From the NCBI GenBank assembly GCA_965215195.1, contig CBDCDC010000002.1:1376001-1440000 (forward strand): a stretch of DNA of 64,000 nucleotides. Direction: 5' to 3'. Within the stretch, counting starts at the first letter, position 1. Every line of letters starts with the position of its first letter. Position numbers and translations under genes: made by a program. The notes below the pieces were generated by a model. It was not told the DNA's origin. It worked only from the letters and a program-made list of their open reading frames with translations, and did no database searches. Shown here in pieces: positions 8,792 through 16,918 of the stretch. This DNA comes from Candidatus Latescibacterota bacterium. Its GTDB lineage: Bacteria > Latescibacterota > UBA2968 > UBA8231.

Positions 8792-9859
8792 GTGGGCCTG
8801 ATTGGCGGCTCCATAGGCTTGGCGCTCAAGCGCACCGGCTTTGGCGGGCGGCTCGTGGGCGTCAGCCGCCCGGCAACCATCGCCCGCGCACTCGAACTGG
8901 GCGTGATCGACGAGGGATGGGGCTACCACGAGTTGGAGCGGGCACTCAAAGGGGCCGACCTAGTCTTTATCTGCACCCCGATCAAGCGGATTCTCGCGCT
9001 GATTGCGGAGGTGGGTCGGCTCGCCGACCCGGGGACGCTAGTTACCGATGTGGGGAGCACCAAGCGGCGCATCGTCGCGGCGGCCCAAGCCCATTTCAGG
9101 GACGAGGTGTACTTTGTCGGCGGCCACCCCATGGCCGGCTCGGAAAAGGCCGGCGTGGCCGCGGCCGATCCGTTCCTCTTCCAAAATGCGATCTACATTT
9201 TAGTTCCCGACCAAAAGGTTCCGGCCGAACGCTACGAGGCGTTGACCGCGCTCTTGCGGCAGGTCGGGGCGCGGGTGATGGAGCTGGACGCTGAGGCACA
9301 CGACCGGGCGGTCGCCGCGATCAGCCACTTGCCGCAGATGCTGGCGACCTCGCTGGTGGGCATGGTCGGGCGGCTCAATGCCGAGCGGGACCACTTCCTA
9401 CCGCTGGCCGCCGGCGGTTTCCGCGACTTGACGCGCATTGCCTCCAGCCCATTCGCGCCGGTGTGGGAAGATATCTGCGCGACCAATGCCGACGAGATCC
9501 GTGCGATGATCGACCGCTACATGGCCGCGCTCGCGGATGTGCGGGGGCGGCTGGAGGCCGAGGACCTAAAGGCGGATTTCGATTTTGCCAACGAGATTCG
9601 CGGGTCCATCCCGCGGGATTCAAAGGGGTTTATCCACGCGCTGTACGAGATCTTGGTGCTGGCCGAGGACCGGCCGGGCGTCATCGCCGAGATCGGGCAG
9701 GCGCTGGGGTCGCAAGGGGTAAACATCAACGATATTGAGGTAATGAAGGTGCGCGAGGGCGAGGGAGGGACGCTGCGGCTGGGATTTGACAGCGCGGAGA
9801 GCGCGGAAAACGCGCTGGGAATTTTGGCTCAGCTCGGGTATGTGGCGCGGAGGCCCTAG
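8792..9859 (+). CDS. tyrA: Prephenate dehydrogenase with C-terminal ACT domain (coding frame extends upstream to ~8762 with no canonical start)
   Basis: (RRAVIV)GVGLIGGS, TDVGSTK, GGHPMAGSE, HDRAVAAISHLP, GFRDLTRIA; ACT motif DRPGVIA. Confidence 0.92.
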   Translation: MGLIGGSIGLALKRTGFGGRLVGVSRPATIARALELGVIDEGWGYHELERALKGADLVFICTPIKRILALIAEVGRLADPGTLVTDVGSTKRRIVAAAQAHFRDEVYFVGGHPMAGSEKAGVAAADPFLFQNAIYILVPDQKVPAERYEALTALLRQVGARVMELDAEAHDRAVAAISHLPQMLATSLVGMVGRLNAERDHFLPLAAGGFRDLTRIASSPFAPVWEDICATNADEIRAMIDRYMAALADVRGRLEAEDLKADFDFANEIRGSIPRDSKGFIHALYEILVLAEDRPGVIAEIGQALGSQGVNINDIEVMKVREGEGGTLRLGFDSAESAENALGILAQLGYVARRP

Positions 9860-9862
9860 GCC

Positions 9863-11095
9863 ATGGAAGCAGTCGTAAGCCCAGTCAGGAAAATCGCCGC
9901 GCAGATCTCGGTGCCCGGAGAGCGGGCGTCAGCCGAGCGGGCGCTCGTGTTGGCCGCATTGAGCGAAGGAGATAGCACCGTCCGCAACGCGCCCGTTGCC
10001 GCTGGCCGCGTGGTGGCTCTATTGCGCGGGCTGGGCGTTGACATGGCCGAGTGTGCAGGCACCTATGCGGTGCGCGGCGTTGGGCTGCGGGGGTTTCACG
10101 GCGCAGCGGCGCCACTCGACCTAAAAGGGCTGGGCGACACCGCCCTGTTGTTGCTTCCCCTGCTCGCCGGGCAAGCGTTTCGCTCGCGGGTGAAGTTGGG
10201 GATGGAAGCCGAGCGGTGCCAGCCCTTGCTCAACCTGCTGACCCAGCTCGGATTCGCCGTAGAACAGGAGAGCGCAGACACCTTTGTAACCGGGGGACAG
10301 CAAGCCAAAGGGTGCGTCCTCTCCGCGGCACCCGCGACCGATGCCCTAGCACTGGGTGCGCTGGTGGGCGCACTCTTTGCCAAAGGGACGACCGCGCTGA
10401 AAAGCAGTCGCCGCGTGGAGCGATTGTTGCGCGGGCGCGGGGTTGCGGTCGAGCGGCGCAAACTGCTGTCGGTAGAAGGCGGACAGGCACTGCAGGGGGT
10501 TGACGTGGAGGTGCCTGGGCAACTCGCGTTGGCTTATCCGCTCATGGGGGCCGCGCTGTGCCGCAAGAGGTCGCAGCTAACCATCAAGCGCGTGGCCATT
10601 CGCCCTAAGCAGCGGGCCTTCTTGGATTTGCTGCGGCAGATTGGGGCGCAGATAACCGCAGAACACCTCGGGGAAACGACGCGCTTCGAGTGCGATTTGC
10701 ACGTGCGCACCAGCCAGTTAAAGGGGACGCGCGTGGCCGGGTCGCGGGCCGCCAAAGTCACCGACCAGATCGCGCTGCTAGCGGTCTTGGCGACCCAAGC
10801 AAAGGGGACGACGGTCATCCGCGACATCGAAGACGTGCCGCACGTGGAGGATATGTGCGCCGCGCTGCGCTCGCTCGATGCGCGGATTGGCCAGTTCCCG
10901 GAGGGACTCGTCATCAAAGGCGGCTTCCCGCTCCAAGGCGGCCAGCTCGACGGCAAGGGCGACCCCGGTTTAATCATGGCTTTTGCCGTGGCCGGGCTGT
11001 TGGCCGAAGGGGCGCTGACCATCCAAGGCAGCGAGTGCTTGACGCCTATCTGGCCCGATTTTTTCGAGACAGTACACCTTATGCGAGGAGATTGA
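9863..11095 (+). CDS. EPSP synthase (AroA)-like protein with degenerate active-site motifs
   Basis: Overall AroA sequence pattern and position after tyrA, but DKSISHR, GNSGT, SSQ, KESDR and DHR motifs are altered or absent. Confidence 0.75.
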   Translation: MEAVVSPVRKIAAQISVPGERASAERALVLAALSEGDSTVRNAPVAAGRVVALLRGLGVDMAECAGTYAVRGVGLRGFHGAAAPLDLKGLGDTALLLLPLLAGQAFRSRVKLGMEAERCQPLLNLLTQLGFAVEQESADTFVTGGQQAKGCVLSAAPATDALALGALVGALFAKGTTALKSSRRVERLLRGRGVAVERRKLLSVEGGQALQGVDVEVPGQLALAYPLMGAALCRKRSQLTIKRVAIRPKQRAFLDLLRQIGAQITAEHLGETTRFECDLHVRTSQLKGTRVAGSRAAKVTDQIALLAVLATQAKGTTVIRDIEDVPHVEDMCAALRSLDARIGQFPEGLVIKGGFPLQGGQLDGKGDPGLIMAFAVAGLLAEGALTIQGSECLTPIWPDFFETVHLMRGD

Positions 11096-11097
11096 AC

Positions 11098-11238
11098 ATG
11101 CTGGGACTCTTTCGGCTCTTTATAGGCGTGGCCGTGCTGTTGAGCGGCGGCCTACTCGCCATTCGCCTGCTCTACGGAGTATCGTGGCGCGAATCCCTAG
11201 AGATTGCCAACAGCTTTATTGAGGATTTGCTGGGGTAA
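11098..11238 (+). CDS. Small membrane protein
   Basis: RBS GAGGAG; 46 aa with hydrophobic N-terminal helix. Confidence 0.55.
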   Translation: MLGLFRLFIGVAVLLSGGLLAIRLLYGVSWRESLEIANSFIEDLLG

Positions 11239-11320
11239 TCCCAGCGATGCTGTGGGGCTGGGCTGGACATTCTATTAGGCTCCGGAGGGCGCGGTTGAAC
11301 TAGATAGACTGAGATTGATC

Positions 11321-11977
11321 ATGCCAATCCCAGATGCCCCTAAAATTTATCACATCTTCCATGTGGACCGCCTGCCCTCCATCATTAGCGACGGCTGCCT
11401 GTGGTGCGATAAGGAAGCGGCCCGGCGATCAATCGATGGAACGATGATTGGTATGAACCATCTCAAGCAGCGGCGGTTAGGATTGCATCTGCGGAGCCAC
11501 CCCGGCCTCCGCGTTGGCGACTGTGTGCCATTTTACTTCTCCCCACGTTCGGTCATGCTCTATGTGATCTACCGAAGGGAGCATTCAGATTTGTCCTATC
11601 GGGGCGGACAGGACCCCATCATTCATCTGGAGGCAAACTTGGCGCAAACGGTTGAGTGGGCGGACGACGAGGGGTGGCGCTGGGCATTCACGAACTCGAA
11701 TGCTGGCGGCTTTTCCTCTCGTGATTGGTGCAACTGGGAGCAATTAGATCAGATCAACTGGAATGCGGTACAAGCTAAAATGTGGAGCGGTCCCGATGTT
11801 GATCCATCCGTTAAGGAACACAAGCAAGCGGAATTCCTAGTTGAGCGGCGTTTCCCATGGAAGTTGGTGAACCGCATTGGCGTCTACTCGCAACAAGTCG
11901 AAAAGCAGGTGAGTGTCGCCTTGCGGGGGGCCAGTCATCAACCTCTTGTCGAAGTTAAGAGGGAGTGGTATTACTGA
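11321..11977 (+). CDS. darT: DarT DNA ADP-ribosyltransferase toxin (DUF4433)
   Basis: IYHIFH, VPFYFSPRSVMLY, FTNSNA, catalytic KQAEFLV, WYY C-terminus. Confidence 0.92.
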   Translation: MPIPDAPKIYHIFHVDRLPSIISDGCLWCDKEAARRSIDGTMIGMNHLKQRRLGLHLRSHPGLRVGDCVPFYFSPRSVMLYVIYRREHSDLSYRGGQDPIIHLEANLAQTVEWADDEGWRWAFTNSNAGGFSSRDWCNWEQLDQINWNAVQAKMWSGPDVDPSVKEHKQAEFLVERRFPWKLVNRIGVYSQQVEKQVSVALRGASHQPLVEVKREWYY

Positions 11978-11994
11978 ACAGAAAGGAGAACACT

Positions 11995-12498
11995 ATGATC
12001 GAATACAAGACCGGCGACCTCATGGCCGAAGAGGTCGAAGCCTTGGTCAACACTGTCAACTGCGTCGGGGTTATGGGACGCGGTATCGCACTTCAGTTTA
12101 AGAAGGAGTTCCCGGAAAACTTCAAAGTCTATGCCAACGCATGCAGGCGTAAGGACGTTAAGTTAGGCCAGATGTTCGTGTTCGAGAGAGATGATATGTT
12201 TTCTCCGCAGCCGCGGTACATCATCAACTTTCCGACCAAGCGGCACTGGCGCAACAAGAGCAGGATGGAGGATATCGAGTCCGGGTTGGCGTCGCTTGTA
12301 ACGGAGATTCGGGAACGCGGCATCCGCTCAATTGCCATCCCAGCACTCGGTAGTGGTTTGGGCGGGTTGAACTGGTACGCAGTACGCACTCGCATGCAAA
12401 AGGCTCTAACAGAACTGGACGACGTGAAGATCGTCATATTCGAGCCGGACAGTGGGCCGGTCACACCCAAGCCAACCGTTCAAGCGACATTCCAATAA
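11995..12498 (+). CDS. darG: DarG antitoxin, macrodomain only
   Basis: VNTVNCVGVMGRGIALQFK, INFPTKRHWR, IPALGSGLGGL; ends ~16 aa after the macrodomain. Confidence 0.88.
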   Translation: MIEYKTGDLMAEEVEALVNTVNCVGVMGRGIALQFKKEFPENFKVYANACRRKDVKLGQMFVFERDDMFSPQPRYIINFPTKRHWRNKSRMEDIESGLASLVTEIRERGIRSIAIPALGSGLGGLNWYAVRTRMQKALTELDDVKIVIFEPDSGPVTPKPTVQATFQ

Positions 12499-12533
12499 AT
12501 GTTCGTCTTAAGTCGGCTTCAAAGGAGACTTTT

Positions 12534-13382
12534 GTGATTTCCGGGACGACGCGGGTGCTCGGCGTCATCGGCGACCCGGTCGCACACACAGCGTCGCCGG
12601 CCATGCACAACGCCGCGCTCCGGGCGCTGAATCTCGACTATGTGTACGCGGCGTTCCGCGTTGCTCCCGCAGCCTTGCCCCAAGCGCTCGCCGGAATGCG
12701 CGCCTTCGGCATGGTCGGGCTGAATGTAACCGTGCCGCACAAGCAGGCCGTCATGGCGCATCTCGACGAGATTTCCGCCGAGGCCCAGAGCATTGGCGCG
12801 GTCAATACCATTGCCAACCGCGATGGGCGGCTCGTGGGGTACAATACCGACGCCTTTGGGATTGTCCAAAGCCTCAGGGCCGATGGCGGCTTGGACCCGC
12901 TGCCGCCCAAGGTCGCGCTCCTCGGGGCGGGCGGGGCGGCGCGGGCCGTGCTCTACGCGCTGCTGGCGCGGGAGGAGGTGGAGGAGGTGCTGCTGCTCAA
13001 CCGCACGGTGGAAAAGGCCGCAGCCCTCGCCGGTGACCTCGACCGCGCTGGCAAGGTGCGGGTCGGGTCGCTGGCCGAGAGTGGGGTGATTGGGGACGCT
13101 GGTTTGCTCATCAATGCCACGGCGCTGGGGATGCACCCCCGCGCCGACGTTTCGCCGCTGGCAGACCCGTCGTGCCTACACGAGCACATGTTGGTCGCCG
13201 ACATTGTGTACAACCCGCTGGAGACCGCGCTCATGCGGCAGGCTGCCGCTGCTGGTGCGCCGGCGATCAACGGCTTGGGGATGCTCGCTTGGCAGGGCGC
13301 GCGTTCGTTTGAGATATGGACGGGTGTGGAGCCGCCGGTCGAGGCGATGATGGCGGCCGCACTGGAGCATTTCCCCGGCTAG
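12534..13382 (+). CDS. aroE: Shikimate dehydrogenase
   Basis: SPAMHN, NVTVPHK, GAVNT, NTD, GAGGAARA, DIVYNP. Confidence 0.95.
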   Translation: MISGTTRVLGVIGDPVAHTASPAMHNAALRALNLDYVYAAFRVAPAALPQALAGMRAFGMVGLNVTVPHKQAVMAHLDEISAEAQSIGAVNTIANRDGRLVGYNTDAFGIVQSLRADGGLDPLPPKVALLGAGGAARAVLYALLAREEVEEVLLLNRTVEKAAALAGDLDRAGKVRVGSLAESGVIGDAGLLINATALGMHPRADVSPLADPSCLHEHMLVADIVYNPLETALMRQAAAAGAPAINGLGMLAWQGARSFEIWTGVEPPVEAMMAAALEHFPG

Positions 13383-13429
13383 ACCGCTGGTTGAATGGAC
13401 GGAATAAAGACAAACAACGTAGATAGCGC

Positions 13430-15145
13430 ATGATAACCGAATCATTAGAAACGCGCATTAGCGCGGCACTGGCCCGAGCAGGCGCGCCGGCCGGTTCCCC
13501 GGCTCTGGTCGGCCCGGCCACTCGCCCGGAGTTCGGCGATTACCAAGCCAACGGCGTGATGGCTGCGGCCAAGAAGCTCAAGACCAACCCCCGCGCACTC
13601 GCCGCCCAAGTCGTGGCGGAACTGGATCTAGAGGATATGGCCGCGTCCGTAGATATCGCCGGCCCGGGCTTTATCAATATCCAGCTCAAGGGCGAGTGGC
13701 TGGCCGCGCAGTTGGGAAACGTGTTGGCCGATCCGCGACTTGGCGTACCCAAAGACGCGCCGCAAAAGGTCGTACTCGACTACTCGCATCCCAACTTGGC
13801 CAAGGAAATGCACATCGGCCATTTGCGCAGCACGGTCATTGGCGACGCCATAGCCCGCGTCCTCGAATTTTTGGGCCACGAAGTGGTGCGCCACAATCAC
13901 GTGGGGGACTGGGGGACGCAGTTTGGGATGCTCATCGCCCACTTGGACCAGCTCGCGGACCCGGCTACGGAATTGGCCGATCTAGAAGTATTCTACCAAT
14001 CGGCGCGTCAGCGCTTTGACCAAGACGCGGCCTTTGCCGATCTGTCGCGGGAATACGTGGTCAAGTTGCAACGCGGCGACCCACACGTGCTGCGGATGTG
14101 GCAGCAGTTTATCGACGAGTCGCTCGCCCACGGCCAGCGCATATACGCGGCCCTAGGGGTCGGTCTCAAACCCGCAGACGTGCGAGGCGAGAGCGCGTAC
14201 AACGACGACTTGCCCGACGTGGTTGAGGACTTGCGGACCAAGGGCCTGCTTAAAGAGTCCAATGGCGCGCAGTGCGTGTTCTTGGAGGAATTCAAAAACA
14301 AGGACGGCCAGGTCACGCCGGTGATCGTGCAGAAGTCGGACGGCGGCTATTTGTATGCAACGAGCGACCTCGCGGCCGTGCGCTACCGGGCCGGCGACCT
14401 CGCGGCCGACCGCATCCTCTACATCGTGGATGCGCGCCAGTCGTTTCACTTGCAGCAAGTCTTTGCGGTGGCGCGGGCGGCCGGGTACGCGCCGGCCACG
14501 ACCGCTTTGGAGCACCACGCGTTTGGCGCGATTTTAGGCGCGGACAACCGGCCTTTCAGGACGCGGGCCGGCGGCACGGTCAAGCTGATGGACGTGCTAG
14601 AGGAAGGCGTGGTGCGGGCCTTTGCCCAAGTGAGCGCGAAAAACCCCGCGCTGGACGAGGCCGAGCGGCAGCACATCGCCCGCGTGATTGGCATTGCCAG
14701 CGTCAAGTACATGGAGCTGTCGTTCAACCGCACTTCGGACTACGTGTTCGACTGGGACAAGATGCTGGCCCTCGACGGCAACACCGCTCCGTACATGCTC
14801 TACTCCTATGCCCGCATCCAGAGCATGTTCCGCCGCGCCGGCGTGGATGGAGGGGCGCTCAGGGGCGCGATTGCCCTTGGCGCAAGGGCCGAGCATGCGC
14901 TCGCCATCAAGCTATTGCAGTTTCCCGAGCAGGTCGCGGCCGTAGCTGGCCAGTGCTATCCGCACGTGCTCTGCAACTATCTCTACGAGTTGGCGGATGC
15001 CTTTATGAAGTTCTACGAGCAGTGCCCGGTCCTCCGCGCGGCCGAGCCGGTGCGCACGAGCCGGCTGCTGCTGGCGCTGTTGACCGCGCGCATCCTGCGC
15101 CAGGGCCTCAACCTGCTCGGCATCGAGACCCTCGAGCGAATGTGA
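13430..15145 (+). CDS. argS: Arginine--tRNA ligase
   Basis: FGDYQAN, PNLAKEMHIGHLRST, KSDGGYLY, GNTAPYMLYSYARI, terminal ERM. Confidence 0.97.
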   Translation: MITESLETRISAALARAGAPAGSPALVGPATRPEFGDYQANGVMAAAKKLKTNPRALAAQVVAELDLEDMAASVDIAGPGFINIQLKGEWLAAQLGNVLADPRLGVPKDAPQKVVLDYSHPNLAKEMHIGHLRSTVIGDAIARVLEFLGHEVVRHNHVGDWGTQFGMLIAHLDQLADPATELADLEVFYQSARQRFDQDAAFADLSREYVVKLQRGDPHVLRMWQQFIDESLAHGQRIYAALGVGLKPADVRGESAYNDDLPDVVEDLRTKGLLKESNGAQCVFLEEFKNKDGQVTPVIVQKSDGGYLYATSDLAAVRYRAGDLAADRILYIVDARQSFHLQQVFAVARAAGYAPATTALEHHAFGAILGADNRPFRTRAGGTVKLMDVLEEGVVRAFAQVSAKNPALDEAERQHIARVIGIASVKYMELSFNRTSDYVFDWDKMLALDGNTAPYMLYSYARIQSMFRRAGVDGGALRGAIALGARAEHALAIKLLQFPEQVAAVAGQCYPHVLCNYLYELADAFMKFYEQCPVLRAAEPVRTSRLLLALLTARILRQGLNLLGIETLERM

Positions 15146-15678
15146 TGGTAAAAGGGCCGGTATTTCTGACGGGGTTTATGGGCGTGGGCAAGACCCAAGT
15201 CGGGCGCATTCTGGCGCGGCAGCTAGGGCGTCGCTTCTTGGACACCGACCGGATGATTGAACAGCGCGCCGGCAAGCCCATTGCGGCGATTTTCGCCGAC
15301 GAAGGCGAGGCGCACTTCCGCCAGCTAGAGCGCGCCTGCGTCCTCGAAACCTGCCAGTGCCCGGATGCCGTAGTGGCCTTGGGCGGCGGGGCGATCACCC
15401 GCGCCGACAATGTCGCGGCCGTGCGCCGCGCCGGCGTCTTGGTCTGTCTCAAGGCCGATGTGGATACGATTTTCGCCCGCGTCAGGCGCCGCGTCCACCG
15501 GCCCTTGCTCGCCGGGTTGGGGCCGCAGGCCCAGCGCGCCAAGATAGAGTCCCTGCTCCGCGAGCGCACTCCGTTCTACGAGCAAGCCCACCTCGAGCTG
15601 TACACCACGCAGGCACAGACGCCTGAGGACACGGCGAGGCAACTCCGCAACTTACTGGAGAGCTATGCAAAGAATTGA
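15145..15678 (+). CDS. aroK: Shikimate kinase
   Basis: GFMGVGKT, DTD, GEAHFR, LGGG, RPLL; TGATG overlap with argS. Confidence 0.93.
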   Translation: MVKGPVFLTGFMGVGKTQVGRILARQLGRRFLDTDRMIEQRAGKPIAAIFADEGEAHFRQLERACVLETCQCPDAVVALGGGAITRADNVAAVRRAGVLVCLKADVDTIFARVRRRVHRPLLAGLGPQAQRAKIESLLRERTPFYEQAHLELYTTQAQTPEDTARQLRNLLESYAKN

Positions 15679-16774
15679 CTTAGACCTCCCGGGGGCTGCA
15701 TACCCCATCTTCGTCGGCCACGACATCCTCGGGGAACTGGGGCCGCGTTGCCGCGACTTGGCCTTGGGCCGGCAGGTCGCGCTGGTGACCGACGAGCTCG
15801 TGGCGGCGCACTACCTACAGCCTGCGGCCGCCAGCTTGCGCCGGGCCGGATTCGAGGTGTTGGAGATCGTCTATGCCGGGGGCGAGAGTGCCAAGACCTT
15901 GGGCGGGGCCGAAGGCATTTTCGCGCAGATGATCGAGGCCGAGTTCGACCGCGGCGCTTGGGTCGTAGCCCTCGGCGGGGGCGTGGTCGGCGACATGGCC
16001 GGCTTTGTGGCCTCCACCTATTTGCGCGGCGTGCCCTACGTGCAGGTGCCTACGACCATCGTCGCGCAGGTGGATTCGAGCATTGGCGGCAAGACCGGGG
16101 TCAACCACGCGCTGGGCAAAAACCTAATCGGCACCTTTCACCAGCCGCGCTTGGTCTTGGCCGACACGACCGCCCTGCACTCGCTGCCGCGGTCGGAGCG
16201 GGTCGCGGGCATGGCCGAGGTGGTCAAGCACGGGCTGATCCGCGACGCCGCGCTCTTCGCCTTTTTGGAGGAGCACTTGGAGGCGGTCGTGGACATGGCG
16301 CTGGCACCGGCGACCTTGGACTGGCTCATTGGCCGCAATGTCGAGATCAAGGCCGCGGTGGTGGCCGCCGACGAAAAGGAGCAGGGCTTGCGGGCCATCC
16401 TCAATTACGGGCACACCATTGGGCACGCGATTGAGGCCGCCACGGACTACAGCCGCTACCGGCACGGGGAAGCGGTGATTTTGGGCTCAATCGCCGCGGG
16501 CGAAATCGCCTGCCGCGAGGGATTTTGGTCCTCCGCAGAAAGGCAGCGGCAGGACGCGTTGCTGGAGAGATTGGGGGTGCCTCCGGGATTGGCCGCGGTC
16601 GAGGCGGAGCGGATTTTGGCCTGTGCTTATGCCGACAAGAAGCGGGTGGATGGGCGGTTGCGGTTCGTGCTGGGTCGGCGGATTGGGGAGGTGGAGGTCG
16701 TGGAGGGAATAACCGATGCGACAGTGCGCGCAGCCATTGCATACGCGCAGCAGTACTCTGGGCGCGACCCATGA
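15665..16774 (+). CDS. aroB: 3-dehydroquinate synthase
   Basis: LGGGVVGD, PTT..AQVDSSIGGKT, KNLIGTFHQP, LNYGHTIGHAIE, HGEAV. Confidence 0.96.
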   Translation: MQRIDLDLPGAAYPIFVGHDILGELGPRCRDLALGRQVALVTDELVAAHYLQPAAASLRRAGFEVLEIVYAGGESAKTLGGAEGIFAQMIEAEFDRGAWVVALGGGVVGDMAGFVASTYLRGVPYVQVPTTIVAQVDSSIGGKTGVNHALGKNLIGTFHQPRLVLADTTALHSLPRSERVAGMAEVVKHGLIRDAALFAFLEEHLEAVVDMALAPATLDWLIGRNVEIKAAVVAADEKEQGLRAILNYGHTIGHAIEAATDYSRYRHGEAVILGSIAAGEIACREGFWSSAERQRQDALLERLGVPPGLAAVEAERILACAYADKKRVDGRLRFVLGRRIGEVEVVEGITDATVRAAIAYAQQYSGRDP

Positions 16775-16918
16775 TTCGGGCGTTACTCAAACGTTGTGGA
16801 GAACGCCATCGCCCAACGCACGGACATCCACTCGCTTACAAACGAGACGATCTTTACGCGCTCTGCATTTACCAAATCGCCGTTCTCTAACCTACTTAAT
16901 CCAAAGGGCGACAACACC

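Noticed and set aside
14272-15144. 468-aa ORF starting at 14272
   Set aside because: Out-of-frame overlap with argS; only the part from ATG 15145 is aroK.
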